DNA of 64,000 nt, from contig JBHIAH010000004.1 of assembly GCA_046758505.1 (NCBI GenBank), forward strand, positions 32,001 through 96,000, given 5' to 3'. The notes beneath the pieces are model-generated. The model saw only the letters and a list, made by a program, of their open reading frames with translations, did no database searches and was not told the origin of the DNA. Positions 19,506 through 29,674 of this stretch are shown piece after piece (the first letter of the stretch is position 1; the number at the start of each line of letters is the position of its first letter). Both the position numbers and the translations under genes were made by a program. Origin of the DNA: Candidatus Methylomirabilales bacterium (GTDB lineage: Bacteria > Methylomirabilota > Methylomirabilia > Methylomirabilales > CSP1-5).

Positions 19506-20818
19506 GGCTTTCTTTCTATGGACTTGGGAAGAAAGCGCTGCAGCGTTTCCACAAAGCCGGGGAAGGAGGTGGAGATGCACCCTGTGTCCAAAACCGTGGT
19601 CTCTCCCTCGGCCCTGAGACCCGCCACGGTCAGGGCCATGGCCATTCGATGGTCTCCGTGGCTCTCGCAACGGGCTCCGCGAAGGCCCTGCCCCCCATGG
19701 ATAATAAGCCCATCCTCGAGCTCTTCGGTCTGCACGCCCATGCGGTTCAGCTCTATGGCAAGGGATCGGATCCGATCCGACTCCTTGACCCGCAGTTCGG
19801 CGGCACCCCGGATCACGGTCTTCCCCTCCGCACACGCGGCGGCCATTCCCAAGACCGGGATCTCATCGATCAAGCGCGGGATCAGATCCCCCCCGATACG
19901 CACCCCCCTGAGGGGTCCCGAGCGAACGTGGAGATTGGCCCTCGGCTCTCCGGCGCTCTCGCCGTGGGGAAGGACCTGTACCGCCCCCCCCATCGCCCGG
20001 AGAACCTCCACGAGTCCTGTCCGAGTCGGGTTGAATCCTACCCCCTCGAGGGTGAGATCGGAATCGGGAAGGATGAGGCCCGCCACGAGGAAGAAGGCAG
20101 CCGACGAGAAGTCTCCCGGAACGGAGATGGGGGCGGCCTTGAGGGTTCCGCAGGGGTTGATGGACACCTCCCGCTCTCCCCGCTCCACCGGCTGGCCCCA
20201 GGCCTCGAGCATGCGCTCGGTATGATCCCGCGAGGTGACCGGTTCGACGATGGTCGTCCGACCCTCGGCAAAGAGGCCGGCCAGGAGGATGGCGGACTTT
20301 ACCTGTGCCGAGGCGATCGGAGTCCGATATGTAATCCCTCGAAGAACCCTGCCGCGCAGCACCAGGGGGGGGAGTGTATTCTGGGCCCGACCCCAGATCT
20401 CCCCCCCCATCTGTCTCAGAGGCACGATGACTCGATCCATGGGTCGACGCCTGAGGGAAGCATCTCCCGTCAGGACGGACAGGAAGGGTTGCCCTGCCAG
20501 GACACCCGAAAGGAGACGGAGCGTCGTCCCCGAATTCCCGCAGTCCAGAACGTCACCCGCCTCCCGGAGGCCGCGAAGCCCCTTCCCGTAAATCCGAAGG
20601 GGCTCCCCTTCTCCCCCTTTGACCTCCACCCCCAGGGCGCGGACAGCTTCGAGGGTTCGCGTGCAATCCCCCGACATGAGACACCCTGAGATTTCCGTAC
20701 ATCCATCCGCTAGGGCGCCAAGGATAATCGCCCGGTGGGAGATGGACTTGTCTCCCGGGACCGAGAGCCTCCCCTGTAGTCCCCGCGCACCTCCCCGAAT
20801 CCTAAGCTGTTGCTCCAT
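19502..20818 (-). CDS. aroA: EPSP synthase
   Basis: PGDKSISHR, DCGNSGTT, SAQVKSA, RDHTERML, ELRVKESDR, DHRMAM. Confidence 0.97.
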   Translation of the reverse strand: MEQQLRIRGGARGLQGRLSVPGDKSISHRAIILGALADGCTEISGCLMSGDCTRTLEAVRALGVEVKGGEGEPLRIYGKGLRGLREAGDVLDCGNSGTTLRLLSGVLAGQPFLSVLTGDASLRRRPMDRVIVPLRQMGGEIWGRAQNTLPPLVLRGRVLRGITYRTPIASAQVKSAILLAGLFAEGRTTIVEPVTSRDHTERMLEAWGQPVERGEREVSINPCGTLKAAPISVPGDFSSAAFFLVAGLILPDSDLTLEGVGFNPTRTGLVEVLRAMGGAVQVLPHGESAGEPRANLHVRSGPLRGVRIGGDLIPRLIDEIPVLGMAAACAEGKTVIRGAAELRVKESDRIRSLAIELNRMGVQTEELEDGLIIHGGQGLRGARCESHGDHRMAMALTVAGLRAEGETTVLDTGCISTSFPGFVETLQRFLPKSIERKP

Positions 20819-21812
20819 AGGTTTGCCGGTTGCGGATACTCGCGATCAACGCCTCTGTGATCCGTCCGGAGTCGGCGTCCGGCAGGTCGAACCAGGTGAC
20901 CCCCTGCTCGCGGCGAAACCACGTCATTTGACGCTTCGCATAATGCCGCGTTCCCTGTTTCGTCCGCCACACCGCCTCCTCCAGAGTCCCCTGCCCTAAC
21001 AGAAAGGCAACTATGTGGCGATAGTTGTGGCTGCGGAGAGGCTTGATGTTTGCGGCATAGCCGGCTTCGAGCAGCTCCCGGACTTCCTCCACAAGGCCGC
21101 ACTCGACCATCCGGTCCACCCGGTCGTCAATCCGGCGGTAGAGCGCGGCCCGCTCCCGCCGCAGCCCCAAGAAGAGGACGGAGGGGAGAACCAGACCCTC
21201 CCGGTGGGCCGCCTGCAGCTCCGAGACCCGGCGGCCGGTGACCTCGATGATTTCGAGGGCTCGAATAAGGCGGAATGCATCCCGGGGATGAATTCTGGCT
21301 GCGGTCGACGGATCGAGGTGCGTCAGTCGGGCATGCAGCACCTCCGGGCCGTCCCCGGCCACCTGTTGTCCCAGGCGGTGTCTGATGCTTGGGACTTCCC
21401 GCGGGCCAGAAAAAATTTCACCCCGCAGGGCCCGGAGGTACAGACCCGAGCCTCCCACCACGAGAGGCAGGCGGCCGCGGGAACGAATCTGTTGCAGGGC
21501 CCGACCGGCCAATCGGGCGTAATCGGCAGCCGTGAAGGGATCCACCGGATCCACCACATCGATGAGATGGTGAGGAACCCCTTGCTGTTCAATATGAGAC
21601 GGTTTGGCGGTGCCGATGTTCAGATGCCGATAGACTTGCATAGAGTCGAGAGCCACAATCTCTCCTCCCAGTGCCTTGGCCAATTCCACAGCGACGGCGC
21701 TCTTCCCGACCGCGGTCGGACCGACCAAGGCGACAAAAGCGGGAGGGGATTCGAAAGGGGGTGCTGGAACAGGGGTTGCCTGGGAAGACGGAGCGTCCAC
21801 CTGAAGCATCAT
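20802..21812 (-). CDS. miaA: tRNA dimethylallyltransferase
   Basis: GPTAVGKS, DSMQVY, IGTAKP, GGSGLY, YAKRQMTWFR; ATG 21812 overlaps upstream stop. Confidence 0.95.
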   Translation of the reverse strand: MMLQVDAPSSQATPVPAPPFESPPAFVALVGPTAVGKSAVAVELAKALGGEIVALDSMQVYRHLNIGTAKPSHIEQQGVPHHLIDVVDPVDPFTAADYARLAGRALQQIRSRGRLPLVVGGSGLYLRALRGEIFSGPREVPSIRHRLGQQVAGDGPEVLHARLTHLDPSTAARIHPRDAFRLIRALEIIEVTGRRVSELQAAHREGLVLPSVLFLGLRRERAALYRRIDDRVDRMVECGLVEEVRELLEAGYAANIKPLRSHNYRHIVAFLLGQGTLEEAVWRTKQGTRHYAKRQMTWFRREQGVTWFDLPDADSGRITEALIASIRNRQTYGATA

Positions 21813-22258
21813 CTGGCAGCTCGATGCAGCGCTTGTGACTCCTCGATCTCGAAGGGCAGGAGAAACGTGTACCCCCACAGACCAATCGGCTGTTGCCACC
21901 TGATCCTGGCTACGACCTCCCCCGGAACCACCTTCAACACCACCTCGTGCTCCAGAACGGGGAGTTCGAGCTCTCGGACGCGCGCCATAATCCGCTCCAT
22001 TCCCTCGTCCAAGCGTCGGGGCGCCATGGCGGTGTCGCGAACCACGAGGCGAACATCATTCCTGAGTGACCAGTAATTCACGTACGCGGAGACCGCCTGA
22101 ATGCCTGCGTACACGAGAACCGCAAGGAGGAACAGGAGGAGCAGGCTCCCGATCCTGACTCTCCCCTTCCTCCCAACCGTCGCGAGATGCGTGAGGTCGG
22201 CGGGGGGCCACCCCCCGTATTCCCCGACGGTCCCAGAAGGCCGAACGACTTCACCCAT
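21809..22258 (-). CDS. Small membrane-anchored protein (DUF4845-like; start uncertain)
   Basis: GRKG + hydrophobic helix (pilin-like N-terminus) followed by a short alpha/beta domain. Confidence 0.5.
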   Translation of the reverse strand: MGEVVRPSGTVGEYGGWPPADLTHLATVGRKGRVRIGSLLLLFLLAVLVYAGIQAVSAYVNYWSLRNDVRLVVRDTAMAPRRLDEGMERIMARVRELELPVLEHEVVLKVVPGEVVARIRWQQPIGLWGYTFLLPFEIEESQALHRAAR

Positions 22259-22379
22259 AGGGGAAAATCCGTGTCAAGCCGGTATCGTAACCGCCTGCGA
22301 AACGCCGCACGAAACAAAAATACCTCCGGACCTCCGGAGGCATCCTCGCGGATAGGGAAAATGCTCGAGGGCTGGAGGA

Positions 22380-23381
22380 CTACCGAGGTCCCCCTTTGAT
22401 CCAGCTCATCATGGACCGCAGTTCTTTCCCTACAACCTCGATGGGATGCTCGGCGTCCTTTTTCCGAAGCGCCAGAAAGCTCGGGCGACCTGCCTGATTT
22501 TCCAGGATCCATTCCCCGGCGAAGCTTCCATCCTGAATCTCTTGCAGGATCTTTTTCATCTCCGCCCGGACCGACTCGCTAATCACGCGGGGCCCCCGGC
22601 TGTAATCCCCGTACTCAGCGGTATCACTCACGGAATACCGCATATAGGCGAGACCGCCCTGGTAGAAGAGATCCACGATCAACTTGAGCTCGTGGAGACA
22701 TTCGAAGTAGGCGAGTTCCGGCTGGTATCCCGCCTCCACCAGGGTTTCATACGCGGCCTTGATCAAGGCCGAAACCCCGCCGCACAGAACCGTCTGTTCC
22801 CCGAACAGGTCGGTCTCGGTCTCTTCCCTGAAGCTGGTCTCGAGGACCCCGGCCCGGGTGCATCCGATACCCTTGGCATAGGCCAAGGCCACTTCCTTCG
22901 CCTTGCCCGACGTGTTTTGATGGATAGCCAGAAGGGCTGGGACCCCGGAGCCCTCCGAATACACCTGACGCATCATGTGACCCGGCGCCTTGGGGGCCAC
23001 CATGGAGACATCGACATCCTGTGGGGGCATGACTTGATGAAAATGGATGTTAAAACCGTGGGCGAACATGAGGGTCTTGCCGGGGGTGAGGCCCTGTTGG
23101 ATTGAATCGAGATAGACCTGTCGCTGGTGTTGATCGGGGATGAGCATCATGACGATCTGCGCCGTTGCGGCCGCCTCGTCCACCGTCATCACCTTCAGCC
23201 CATCCGCTCTTGCTTTCTCCCAAGATTTCGATCCTTGATAGAGCCCCACCACGACGGTGAAGCCGGCATCCTTCAGGTTCAGGGCATGCGCGTGTCCCTG
23301 ACTCCCGTACCCGATGACGGCAATGGTCTTACCTTTCAAGAGGGACAGATCCGCATCCTTATCGTAATAGAGCTTGGCCAT
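22380..23381 (-). CDS. ilvC: Ketol-acid reductoisomerase
   Basis: [28 protein letters not shown]. Confidence 0.97.
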   Translation of the reverse strand: MAKLYYDKDADLSLLKGKTIAVIGYGSQGHAHALNLKDAGFTVVVGLYQGSKSWEKARADGLKVMTVDEAAATAQIVMMLIPDQHQRQVYLDSIQQGLTPGKTLMFAHGFNIHFHQVMPPQDVDVSMVAPKAPGHMMRQVYSEGSGVPALLAIHQNTSGKAKEVALAYAKGIGCTRAGVLETSFREETETDLFGEQTVLCGGVSALIKAAYETLVEAGYQPELAYFECLHELKLIVDLFYQGGLAYMRYSVSDTAEYGDYSRGPRVISESVRAEMKKILQEIQDGSFAGEWILENQAGRPSFLALRKKDAEHPIEVVGKELRSMMSWIKGGPR

Positions 23382-23401
23382 CTATGTTCCCCCGCTTTCC
23401 T

Positions 23402-23998
23402 CTACTTGACCTCGGCAACGGCTTGCGCCTTCTTTCCGCTTTTCTCGTTGTTGCCCGCCGCCCGCTCCACTCTTTTGGGCATCGCCTTGCTTGCCCGCGC
23501 GATGGCGATCCGCCCGGTCCGGACAAACTCCTGAATCCCAAAGGGACGCAGAAGTTCCAAGAGGGCCTGAATCTTGTGTTCGTCGCCACTCGCCTCCAGG
23601 GTATAGTTGCGGTGGGTGACATCCACGACCTTGGCCCGGAAGATATCCGCGATCCGCAGGATCTCAGCCCGGTTGGGGGCCTCGGCGTTCACCCGGACCA
23701 GGATCATTTCTCGCTCGACGAAGTCCTCCTCGGTGAGATCGACCACCTTGGCCACATCGATCAGCCGATTGAGTTGCTTGACCACCTGCTCCATGACCCA
23801 GTCATCCCCGTGGACCACGAGGGTAATCCGGGATAACGAATTGTCCATCGTCTCCCCGACGGAGACGCTGTTGATGTTATAGCCCTTGGCCGCGATCAGT
23901 CCGGCAATCCTGGCGAGCACACCGATTCGGTTCTCTACCAAGAGTGTCAGGATGTGCCGCTGCGAGGGGGTATGTCCTTTCATTCTCGCCTCATCCAT
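23402..23998 (-). CDS. ilvN: Acetolactate synthase small (regulatory) subunit
   Basis: LLVENRIGVLARI ACT domain, KQLNRLIDV, VRTG. Confidence 0.93.
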   Translation of the reverse strand: MDEARMKGHTPSQRHILTLLVENRIGVLARIAGLIAAKGYNINSVSVGETMDNSLSRITLVVHGDDWVMEQVVKQLNRLIDVAKVVDLTEEDFVEREMILVRVNAEAPNRAEILRIADIFRAKVVDVTHRNYTLEASGDEHKIQALLELLRPFGIQEFVRTGRIAIARASKAMPKRVERAAGNNEKSGKKAQAVAEVK

Positions 23999-24070
23999 GC
24001 ACCCCGCTGTCTCCTGAAAGCCCGCGGCTCACCGGACCAGGAGAGCAGCAGGGGGCGAAGGAATTATCCG

Positions 24071-25810
24071 TTACCGCCAGCCCTGGAATAACTTATCGGG
24101 AACCGGTTCCCCGACGTCGATGATGTCCTTGATCGCCGCCCCTGCAGGGATCATGGGGAAGCAGTTTTCCTCGCGTTCCACGACTATATCAACCACGACT
24201 GGACCCGGCGTGTTGACGGCCTTCTCGATCCCCGCCTTGACCTCTTCCGGCCGTTCGATCCGGACTCCGGCAACCCCGTACGCCTCTGCGAGTTTCACAA
24301 AATCGGGCTGGTGGCCGATGTCTACCTGGGAGTACCGATGGCCGTAAAAAAGTTGCTGCCACTGACGCACCATGCCCAGGAACTTATTGTTGATGATGAA
24401 GGTCTTGACCGGCAGCCCGTAGTGCACGAGCGTCACAAGATCCTGCATCGTCATCTGAAAGCTGCCGTCGCCGTCGATGTTCACCACCAAACTGTTGGGG
24501 AAAGCCGCCTGGGCCCCCATCGCAGCCGGAAAACCGTATCCCATCGTTCCAAGGCCGCCCGACGTGAGGAAGCGGCGAGGCTTGCGGCCCCGGTACACCT
24601 GGGCCGCCCACATCTGATGCTGACCCACTCCGGTGGCGATGATCGGATCGTACTCCTCCGTGAGGCGAAGGATCATATCGATGGCGTACTGGGGCTTGAT
24701 CACGCCCTCCCCCTGCTCGTACCGGAGAGGGTGCTCTTTCTTCCACACCTCGATCTCCGCGTACCATTCCTCGAAGTCCTTCGCCCAGTTCCGCTGCACC
24801 TTGCGGAGTTCCTTGTTGAGTTCTCGCAGCACGCACTTCACATCGCCGACGACAGGAACGTCCACCGTGACGTTTTTCCGGATAGACGTCGGGTCAATAT
24901 CCAGGTGGATAATCTTGCACTGCTTCCCGAACTCGGAGAGCTTCCCCGTGATCCGGTCATCGAAACGCGACCCGATGGCGATCATCAAATCGCAGTGCAC
25001 CATGCACATGTTGGCCCAGTAGGTCCCGTGCATCCCGAGCATCCCCAGCCAGAGAGGATGGTCAGTGGGAAGAGCCCCGAGCCCCATCAGGGTCAGGGTG
25101 GTCGGGATCTGGGTGATTCCCACCATCTCGTGAAGTTCTGCGGACGCGTCCGAATGGATAATGCCCCCGCCCCCGTAAATCACCGGGCGCTTGGCCTGCG
25201 CGATCAACTCGGCCGCTTTCTTGATCTGGCCGGGATGTCCGTAAATCTGGGGATTATAGCCGCGGATGGAGACGTCTTTCGGGTAGCCCCGGAACGTGCC
25301 ATGCCCCATCACCGCATCCTTCGGCAGGTCCACCAGGACCGGGCCCGGGCGACCCGAGCGGGCGATATAATACGCCTCTTTGATGATGCGCGGAATGTCT
25401 TCGGTTTTGAGGGCCAAGAAGTTGTGCTTGGTACAGGCCCGCGTCGTCCCCACCACATCGGCCTCTTGGAAGGCATCGCATCCCATGACGGCCGTCGGCA
25501 CCTGTCCGGTGAGAACCACAATCGCCATGGAGTCCATGAGCGCATCGGTGATCGCGGTCACACAGTTCGTGGCCCCCGGACCCGAGGTGACCATGACCGT
25601 CCCCGCCTTTCCCGTGGCCTTGTAATATCCTTCGGCGGCATGGGTCGCCGCCTGCTCGTGACGGCATAAAATATGCTGAATGGGGTAATCCATGAGGACG
25701 TCATACGCGTGGAGGATCGCCCCACCGGGGTGACCAAAGATCGTGGTCACCCCTTCCTCCGCAAGACAGTTCATCAGGATCTCCGATCCTGTCATCCTCG
25801 TCATCGTCAT
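24071..25810 (-). CDS. ilvB: Acetolactate synthase large subunit
   Basis: RHEQ, TSGPGATN, SGGLGTMG, GDGSFQM...NN ThDP motif. Confidence 0.96.
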   Translation of the reverse strand: MTMTRMTGSEILMNCLAEEGVTTIFGHPGGAILHAYDVLMDYPIQHILCRHEQAATHAAEGYYKATGKAGTVMVTSGPGATNCVTAITDALMDSMAIVVLTGQVPTAVMGCDAFQEADVVGTTRACTKHNFLALKTEDIPRIIKEAYYIARSGRPGPVLVDLPKDAVMGHGTFRGYPKDVSIRGYNPQIYGHPGQIKKAAELIAQAKRPVIYGGGGIIHSDASAELHEMVGITQIPTTLTLMGLGALPTDHPLWLGMLGMHGTYWANMCMVHCDLMIAIGSRFDDRITGKLSEFGKQCKIIHLDIDPTSIRKNVTVDVPVVGDVKCVLRELNKELRKVQRNWAKDFEEWYAEIEVWKKEHPLRYEQGEGVIKPQYAIDMILRLTEEYDPIIATGVGQHQMWAAQVYRGRKPRRFLTSGGLGTMGYGFPAAMGAQAAFPNSLVVNIDGDGSFQMTMQDLVTLVHYGLPVKTFIINNKFLGMVRQWQQLFYGHRYSQVDIGHQPDFVKLAEAYGVAGVRIERPEEVKAGIEKAVNTPGPVVVDIVVEREENCFPMIPAGAAIKDIIDVGEPVPDKLFQGWR

Positions 25811-26056
25811 GCCCTCCTGCGTTGAGCGCGGGGTCCTCAAGACCCAGGCGCCGAGCTAACCCGTGCGTAGAACAAAAGGGCGGCGTGGCTCAATCAAGGC
25901 GAAGTTTCCGACATGCGTCCCGAGACCCCCACCTCCTACCCTGACAGTCATGGCTCTCCTCCCTAATTCTCAGCTTGAATTATGTGCCAGATCTTCACAC
26001 AAACAATGAAGAATCGGTGTTGGCACGAATTCAGGGCGATAAGAAATGTGTGGCAG

Positions 26057-26086
26057 AGCATACCCCCTGCTTCCCTCCCCTGTCAA
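26057..26086 (-). promoter_or_regulatory. sigma70-type promoter for ilvBNC
   Basis: TTGACA-N18-TATGCT on minus. Confidence 0.5.
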
Positions 26087-26094
26087 CAGAAATC

Positions 26095-27687
26095 TCAGCC
26101 TTTGCCCCTCAACCCACCTTGAATGAGGCTCTTGAGGAGCCGAACCTCCTCACAGCCGAGGGAAGCCGCGGCGGCGAAAAAGACCGCCATCCCCAGCCCC
26201 AGCTCCCCCACGAAGCGGGTAATTTCCAGACCGACCCCGCGACCCTCGAGGGACGGCAGCAGGATTTGAAGAGCGAGGAGCGTCCCCGCCATGCACAGTC
26301 CTGCAAGCGCCGTTTTTTGAAGGGATCGTGCCAGGACCCCTCCCCCCAGCGAGCCGAGGCGTTTTCTGAGAAAGACCACGAGGAGGGAGAAGTTAACCAT
26401 GGAAGCGAGGGAGGTTGCGACCGCGAGTCCCGTTGCCTGCAGCGGCCGCATGAGCAGGAGGCTGAACACGATATTGCTCGCGACAGCGATGGCTCCCGCC
26501 TTGACGGGAGTCACCGTGTCCTGAAAAGCATAAAACGCTCGGACAAGAACCCGATTGACCACAAAGAAACAGAGACCGAGGGAGTATCCCAGCAGGACCT
26601 GCGCTGTAGCGGCCGTCGCTGCACCCGTAAACTCGCCTCGTTCAAAGAGGAGACGGATAATGGTGTGCCGGTAGATGGCAAGGCCCAGGAGGGCAGGAAC
26701 GGTCAGGAAGAGGCTGAACCGCAGGGCGAAAACGAGTGTCTTCCGGACATCTTCTGGTGATTGCTGCGCGGCGGCGGCGGCCATGGTGGGGAGGACGGCC
26801 GTCGCCATGGCTACGCCGACCAGCCCGATGGGGACGTGGATGAGGCGGAAGGCGTAGTAGAGGTAAGAGACCGACCCCTGCACGAGGAAGGTGGCCAAAA
26901 GCGTCGTGATGAATATATTCAGCTGGGTGCTGGCGAGCCCGGCGACGCCCGGGGCCATTAATCTTCCGATCCGCGGTAAGGCTGGGTCTCTCCACTCCCC
27001 CTTCCGCGTGAGAATGACGCCGCGGCGCAGGGCAGGCGGAAATTGGAAAAGGAGCTGGAGGCACCCGCCCCCCAACACTCCATATGCTAGGGCATAGACC
27101 GGCTTCTCAAGCCGCGGACCCAGAACGAGGAGACTCACAATGATCGAGATGTTGAGGAGGGCCGGGGAGAAGGCCGGGGCGGCAAAGTGGCCCAGGGCGT
27201 TTAAAATCCCCATCATGAGCGCGGTGAGCCCGATAAAGAAGAGATAGGGAAACATCATGCGGGTGAGGTCGATGGTGAGGGCGAGTTTTTCAGGATCTAC
27301 CCGCCACCCAAGGGCCATAAGGTTGACGAGGATCGGAGCACTCACGATCCCCACGGCGCATATCACCACGAGAATCAGACTCAGCATCCAAAAGGCCGCC
27401 GCAGCCATCCGAAAGGCAGACGGCCGTCCCCGCTTGGTCAGGGTCTCGGTGAAAACAGGAATAAAGGCGGCGGAGAGGGCCCCCTCCCCAAGGAGCTCTC
27501 GGGCCATGTTCGGGATGCGAAAGGCCACAAAGAACGCATCCGCAGCCAATCCCGCCCCGAAGCCATGGGCGATGAGCATATCCCGGATATATCCCAGGAC
27601 CCGGCTTACGAATGTCGCCCCGCTGACCACCGAGGCGGCCACTGTCAGGCGGTGCATCGAGGTTTTGGGGTCAATAGTGCTTGACAT
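26095..27687 (-). CDS. murJ: Lipid II flippase MurJ (MviN)
   Basis: SRVLGYIRD, ADAFFVAFRIPN, GEGALSAAFIPVF; many TM helices. Confidence 0.95.
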   Translation of the reverse strand: MSSTIDPKTSMHRLTVAASVVSGATFVSRVLGYIRDMLIAHGFGAGLAADAFFVAFRIPNMARELLGEGALSAAFIPVFTETLTKRGRPSAFRMAAAAFWMLSLILVVICAVGIVSAPILVNLMALGWRVDPEKLALTIDLTRMMFPYLFFIGLTALMMGILNALGHFAAPAFSPALLNISIIVSLLVLGPRLEKPVYALAYGVLGGGCLQLLFQFPPALRRGVILTRKGEWRDPALPRIGRLMAPGVAGLASTQLNIFITTLLATFLVQGSVSYLYYAFRLIHVPIGLVGVAMATAVLPTMAAAAAQQSPEDVRKTLVFALRFSLFLTVPALLGLAIYRHTIIRLLFERGEFTGAATAATAQVLLGYSLGLCFFVVNRVLVRAFYAFQDTVTPVKAGAIAVASNIVFSLLLMRPLQATGLAVATSLASMVNFSLLVVFLRKRLGSLGGGVLARSLQKTALAGLCMAGTLLALQILLPSLEGRGVGLEITRFVGELGLGMAVFFAAAASLGCEEVRLLKSLIQGGLRGKG

Positions 27688-27709
27688 GGAGGCGAGATTC
27701 CCCTATAAA
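27681..27709 (+). promoter_or_regulatory. sigma70 promoter for rpsT, overlapping the murJ start codon
   Basis: TTGACA-N17-TATAAA. Confidence 0.7.
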
Positions 27710-27745
27710 AAGACTCTCGACCCGGTCCGCGTAGAGGAGATAATA

Positions 27746-28018
27746 ATGCCCAACACCAAATCAGCCGCAAAGCGCCTGCGCCAGGTGAACGCGCGAACCC
27801 TCCGCAACCGGGCGGCCAAAAGCCGCCTCCGCACCAGCATGAAAAGGGTCCACCAGGCCGTAAAGACGGGGAACCGCGAGGCGGCCGCGGCGGCGTTTCG
27901 CGCGGCCGTCGCGACGATCGACAAAACCGCCTCCAAGGGAATTATTCATTCCCGGACGGCGGCCCGGTACAAGTCCCGACTCGCCCATCGCTTGCCATCT
28001 CCCGGTACCGCTCTATAA
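27746..28018 (+). CDS. rpsT: 30S ribosomal protein S20
   Basis: MPNTKSAAKR...RN...KS..KGIIH..TAARYKSRL; GAGGAG SD. Confidence 0.96.
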   Translation: MPNTKSAAKRLRQVNARTLRNRAAKSRLRTSMKRVHQAVKTGNREAAAAAFRAAVATIDKTASKGIIHSRTAARYKSRLAHRLPSPGTAL

Positions 28019-28026
28019 CCTCGCCC

Positions 28027-29028
28027 TCACGAACAGAGATCGATAATCGCCAACTCGAGATGCAGGGGTCGGCCCCTTCCCCAGGATTTCAGCTTCCGAT
28101 CCAGGTCAAGCAGGCGTACCAGCCCCTGCTCCAGCCGAGGTAGGGACGACGCCTTGGCCCCCTCGAGAATCTCTGGAAGAAATGGGCGGGGGATCCCCAG
28201 GAGCTGGCCAATCTCGGCGACAGGGCGAGACTGCGCAAGCAGTTCCTGGGCTCGCAAGAGCAGGCGCAGCTGACGCGCCAGCATCCCGAGGATCGCCAAA
28301 GGTTCCTCTCCCTGTTCCAGGAGCCGCCGGAGGCAAAACAACGCGCCCTCCAGGTCCCGGCGGCTCACCGCTCGGGTGAGATCAAAGATCCCTTGGACCC
28401 TGCCTTGGCCAACCAGCGCCTCGACCGCCCCGACGTCGATCTGCTGCCGTTCCCCCACAAAGCAACACAGCTTGTCTACCTCCTGGCACAGACGGAGAAG
28501 GTCCGGCCCTTGAAGGGTGAGCAGGAGTTGCTCCGCTTCGAGGCTCAGGGACTTTCCGTGCTGTCTCACCCGTTCCCGCATCCACTGCTGGCACCGCCGT
28601 TGGCGTTCCTTCTCGTGCCGTGGGGGGGTAAACCGGAGAACTTTTCCCACCTGATCTATGCGTCGGAGTCCGGGATTCCGCTGGTCCAGCTTGTCCGCGA
28701 CACAGATCAGGCACGTGGTGGCGGATGGGGATTCGAGGTAGGCGAGAATCGCGTCCCACACCTCCCTGCGGAGGTGATCGGCCCCTTTCAGTACCACGAC
28801 CCGCCGCGGGGAGAACGCGGGGACCGTGCGGCAGCGCGTGGCGAGATCCGCTCCGGCGACATCACTCCCCGAGAGAGTATCCACGTTGAGGGTCTCCGTC
28901 CCGGGCGGCAGGAGCGCCTGGAGGAGGCGGGAGAGGAACTCATCACGGAGGAGAACCTCCTCACCCAGGAGGAGATATACCGGGGCGACGTGGCCCCGAG
29001 TTACGGCTTGGAGGAGTGGCGCAAACAG
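28027..29028 (-). CDS. holA: DNA polymerase III delta subunit (probable CTG start)
   Basis: In-frame PVYLLLGEE upstream of the listed GTG; PAFSPRRVV, EVDKL, IFDLTRA; leuS-lptE-holA-rpsT synteny. Confidence 0.85.
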   Translation of the reverse strand: MFAPLLQAVTRGHVAPVYLLLGEEVLLRDEFLSRLLQALLPPGTETLNVDTLSGSDVAGADLATRCRTVPAFSPRRVVVLKGADHLRREVWDAILAYLESPSATTCLICVADKLDQRNPGLRRIDQVGKVLRFTPPRHEKERQRRCQQWMRERVRQHGKSLSLEAEQLLLTLQGPDLLRLCQEVDKLCCFVGERQQIDVGAVEALVGQGRVQGIFDLTRAVSRRDLEGALFCLRRLLEQGEEPLAILGMLARQLRLLLRAQELLAQSRPVAEIGQLLGIPRPFLPEILEGAKASSLPRLEQGLVRLLDLDRKLKSWGRGRPLHLELAIIDLCS

Positions 29029-29037
29029 TGTCGTCCC

Positions 29038-29544
29038 TCAGAAGGGTTCCACCACGCGTGTTACGACCTGATCGGCGAGGTTGCGAAGGGCCCGACGGAC
29101 GGCTTCATCTTCTGCGACCTGCGTTCCCGTAACCCCCGGCGGGGCCGAATAGTAGGCCTCGCCCCGGACCTGCTCATTGGCCAACTCGACCTTGCCACTC
29201 CGCTGGACCACCTGCAGGTCGAGGACGACCACCATCCTGAACCGCCGGGCGATGTCTGTAGAATCGAATGATACCGGATTTCGCTCGAGGGCGGTGATCG
29301 TGGCCTTCATCGCGGCGTCCGCCTCACCTTCCTCTTTCACGACCCGCCCCCCGGCGCTCAGGATTCGCTGTGTCAGGGCCTGGGTAAGGTCGGTCTCCAG
29401 TCCTGGCCGAAAAGCTCCGGGATTGCTGACCGTGAGATGGATTCGTTTCAGATGCCCCGGAAGGCTCACCTGCCCGTGATAGCCACATGCGCCCCCAAGC
29501 GCCGGGATCAGGCCAAGGCCAATCAGGACCAGGCCTTTTTTCAC
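29038..29544 (-). CDS. lptE: LPS-assembly lipoprotein LptE-like
   Basis: Signal peptide with lipobox GAC-GY; located between leuS and holA. Confidence 0.8.
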   Translation of the reverse strand: MKKGLVLIGLGLIPALGGACGYHGQVSLPGHLKRIHLTVSNPGAFRPGLETDLTQALTQRILSAGGRVVKEEGEADAAMKATITALERNPVSFDSTDIARRFRMVVVLDLQVVQRSGKVELANEQVRGEAYYSAPPGVTGTQVAEDEAVRRALRNLADQVVTRVVEPF

Positions 29545-29559
29545 GAGTCCCCCCTTCGG

Positions 29560-29672
29560 GCTGTCCGCTGTCCGCCCTCGAGCTCAAAGAGTTCAAGGTG
29601 CGAAGTGCAATGTTTACACTGTGAACATCGCACGGTGAATCCTCGCAAGCCTGAACGCTGACTGCTGACCGC
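29560..29672. repeat. Nested inverted heptamer-repeat element
   Basis: GCTGTCC x2 ... AGTTCAA/GGTGCGA/AGTGCAA | TGTGAAC/ATCGCAC/GGTGAAT ... GCTGACT/GCTGACC. Confidence 0.6.
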
Positions 29673-29674
29673 GA

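Noticed and set aside
25974..26035. Pair of sigma54 promoters (TGGCAC on both strands)
   Set aside because: Neither has a correctly spaced TTGC-like -12 box; better read as an inverted repeat
28027..29544. LptE-HolA fusion by TGA read-through or selenocysteine
   Set aside because: An exported lipoprotein fused to a cytoplasmic clamp-loader subunit is implausible; TGA is a normal stop elsewhere in the window; a CTG start explains it more simply
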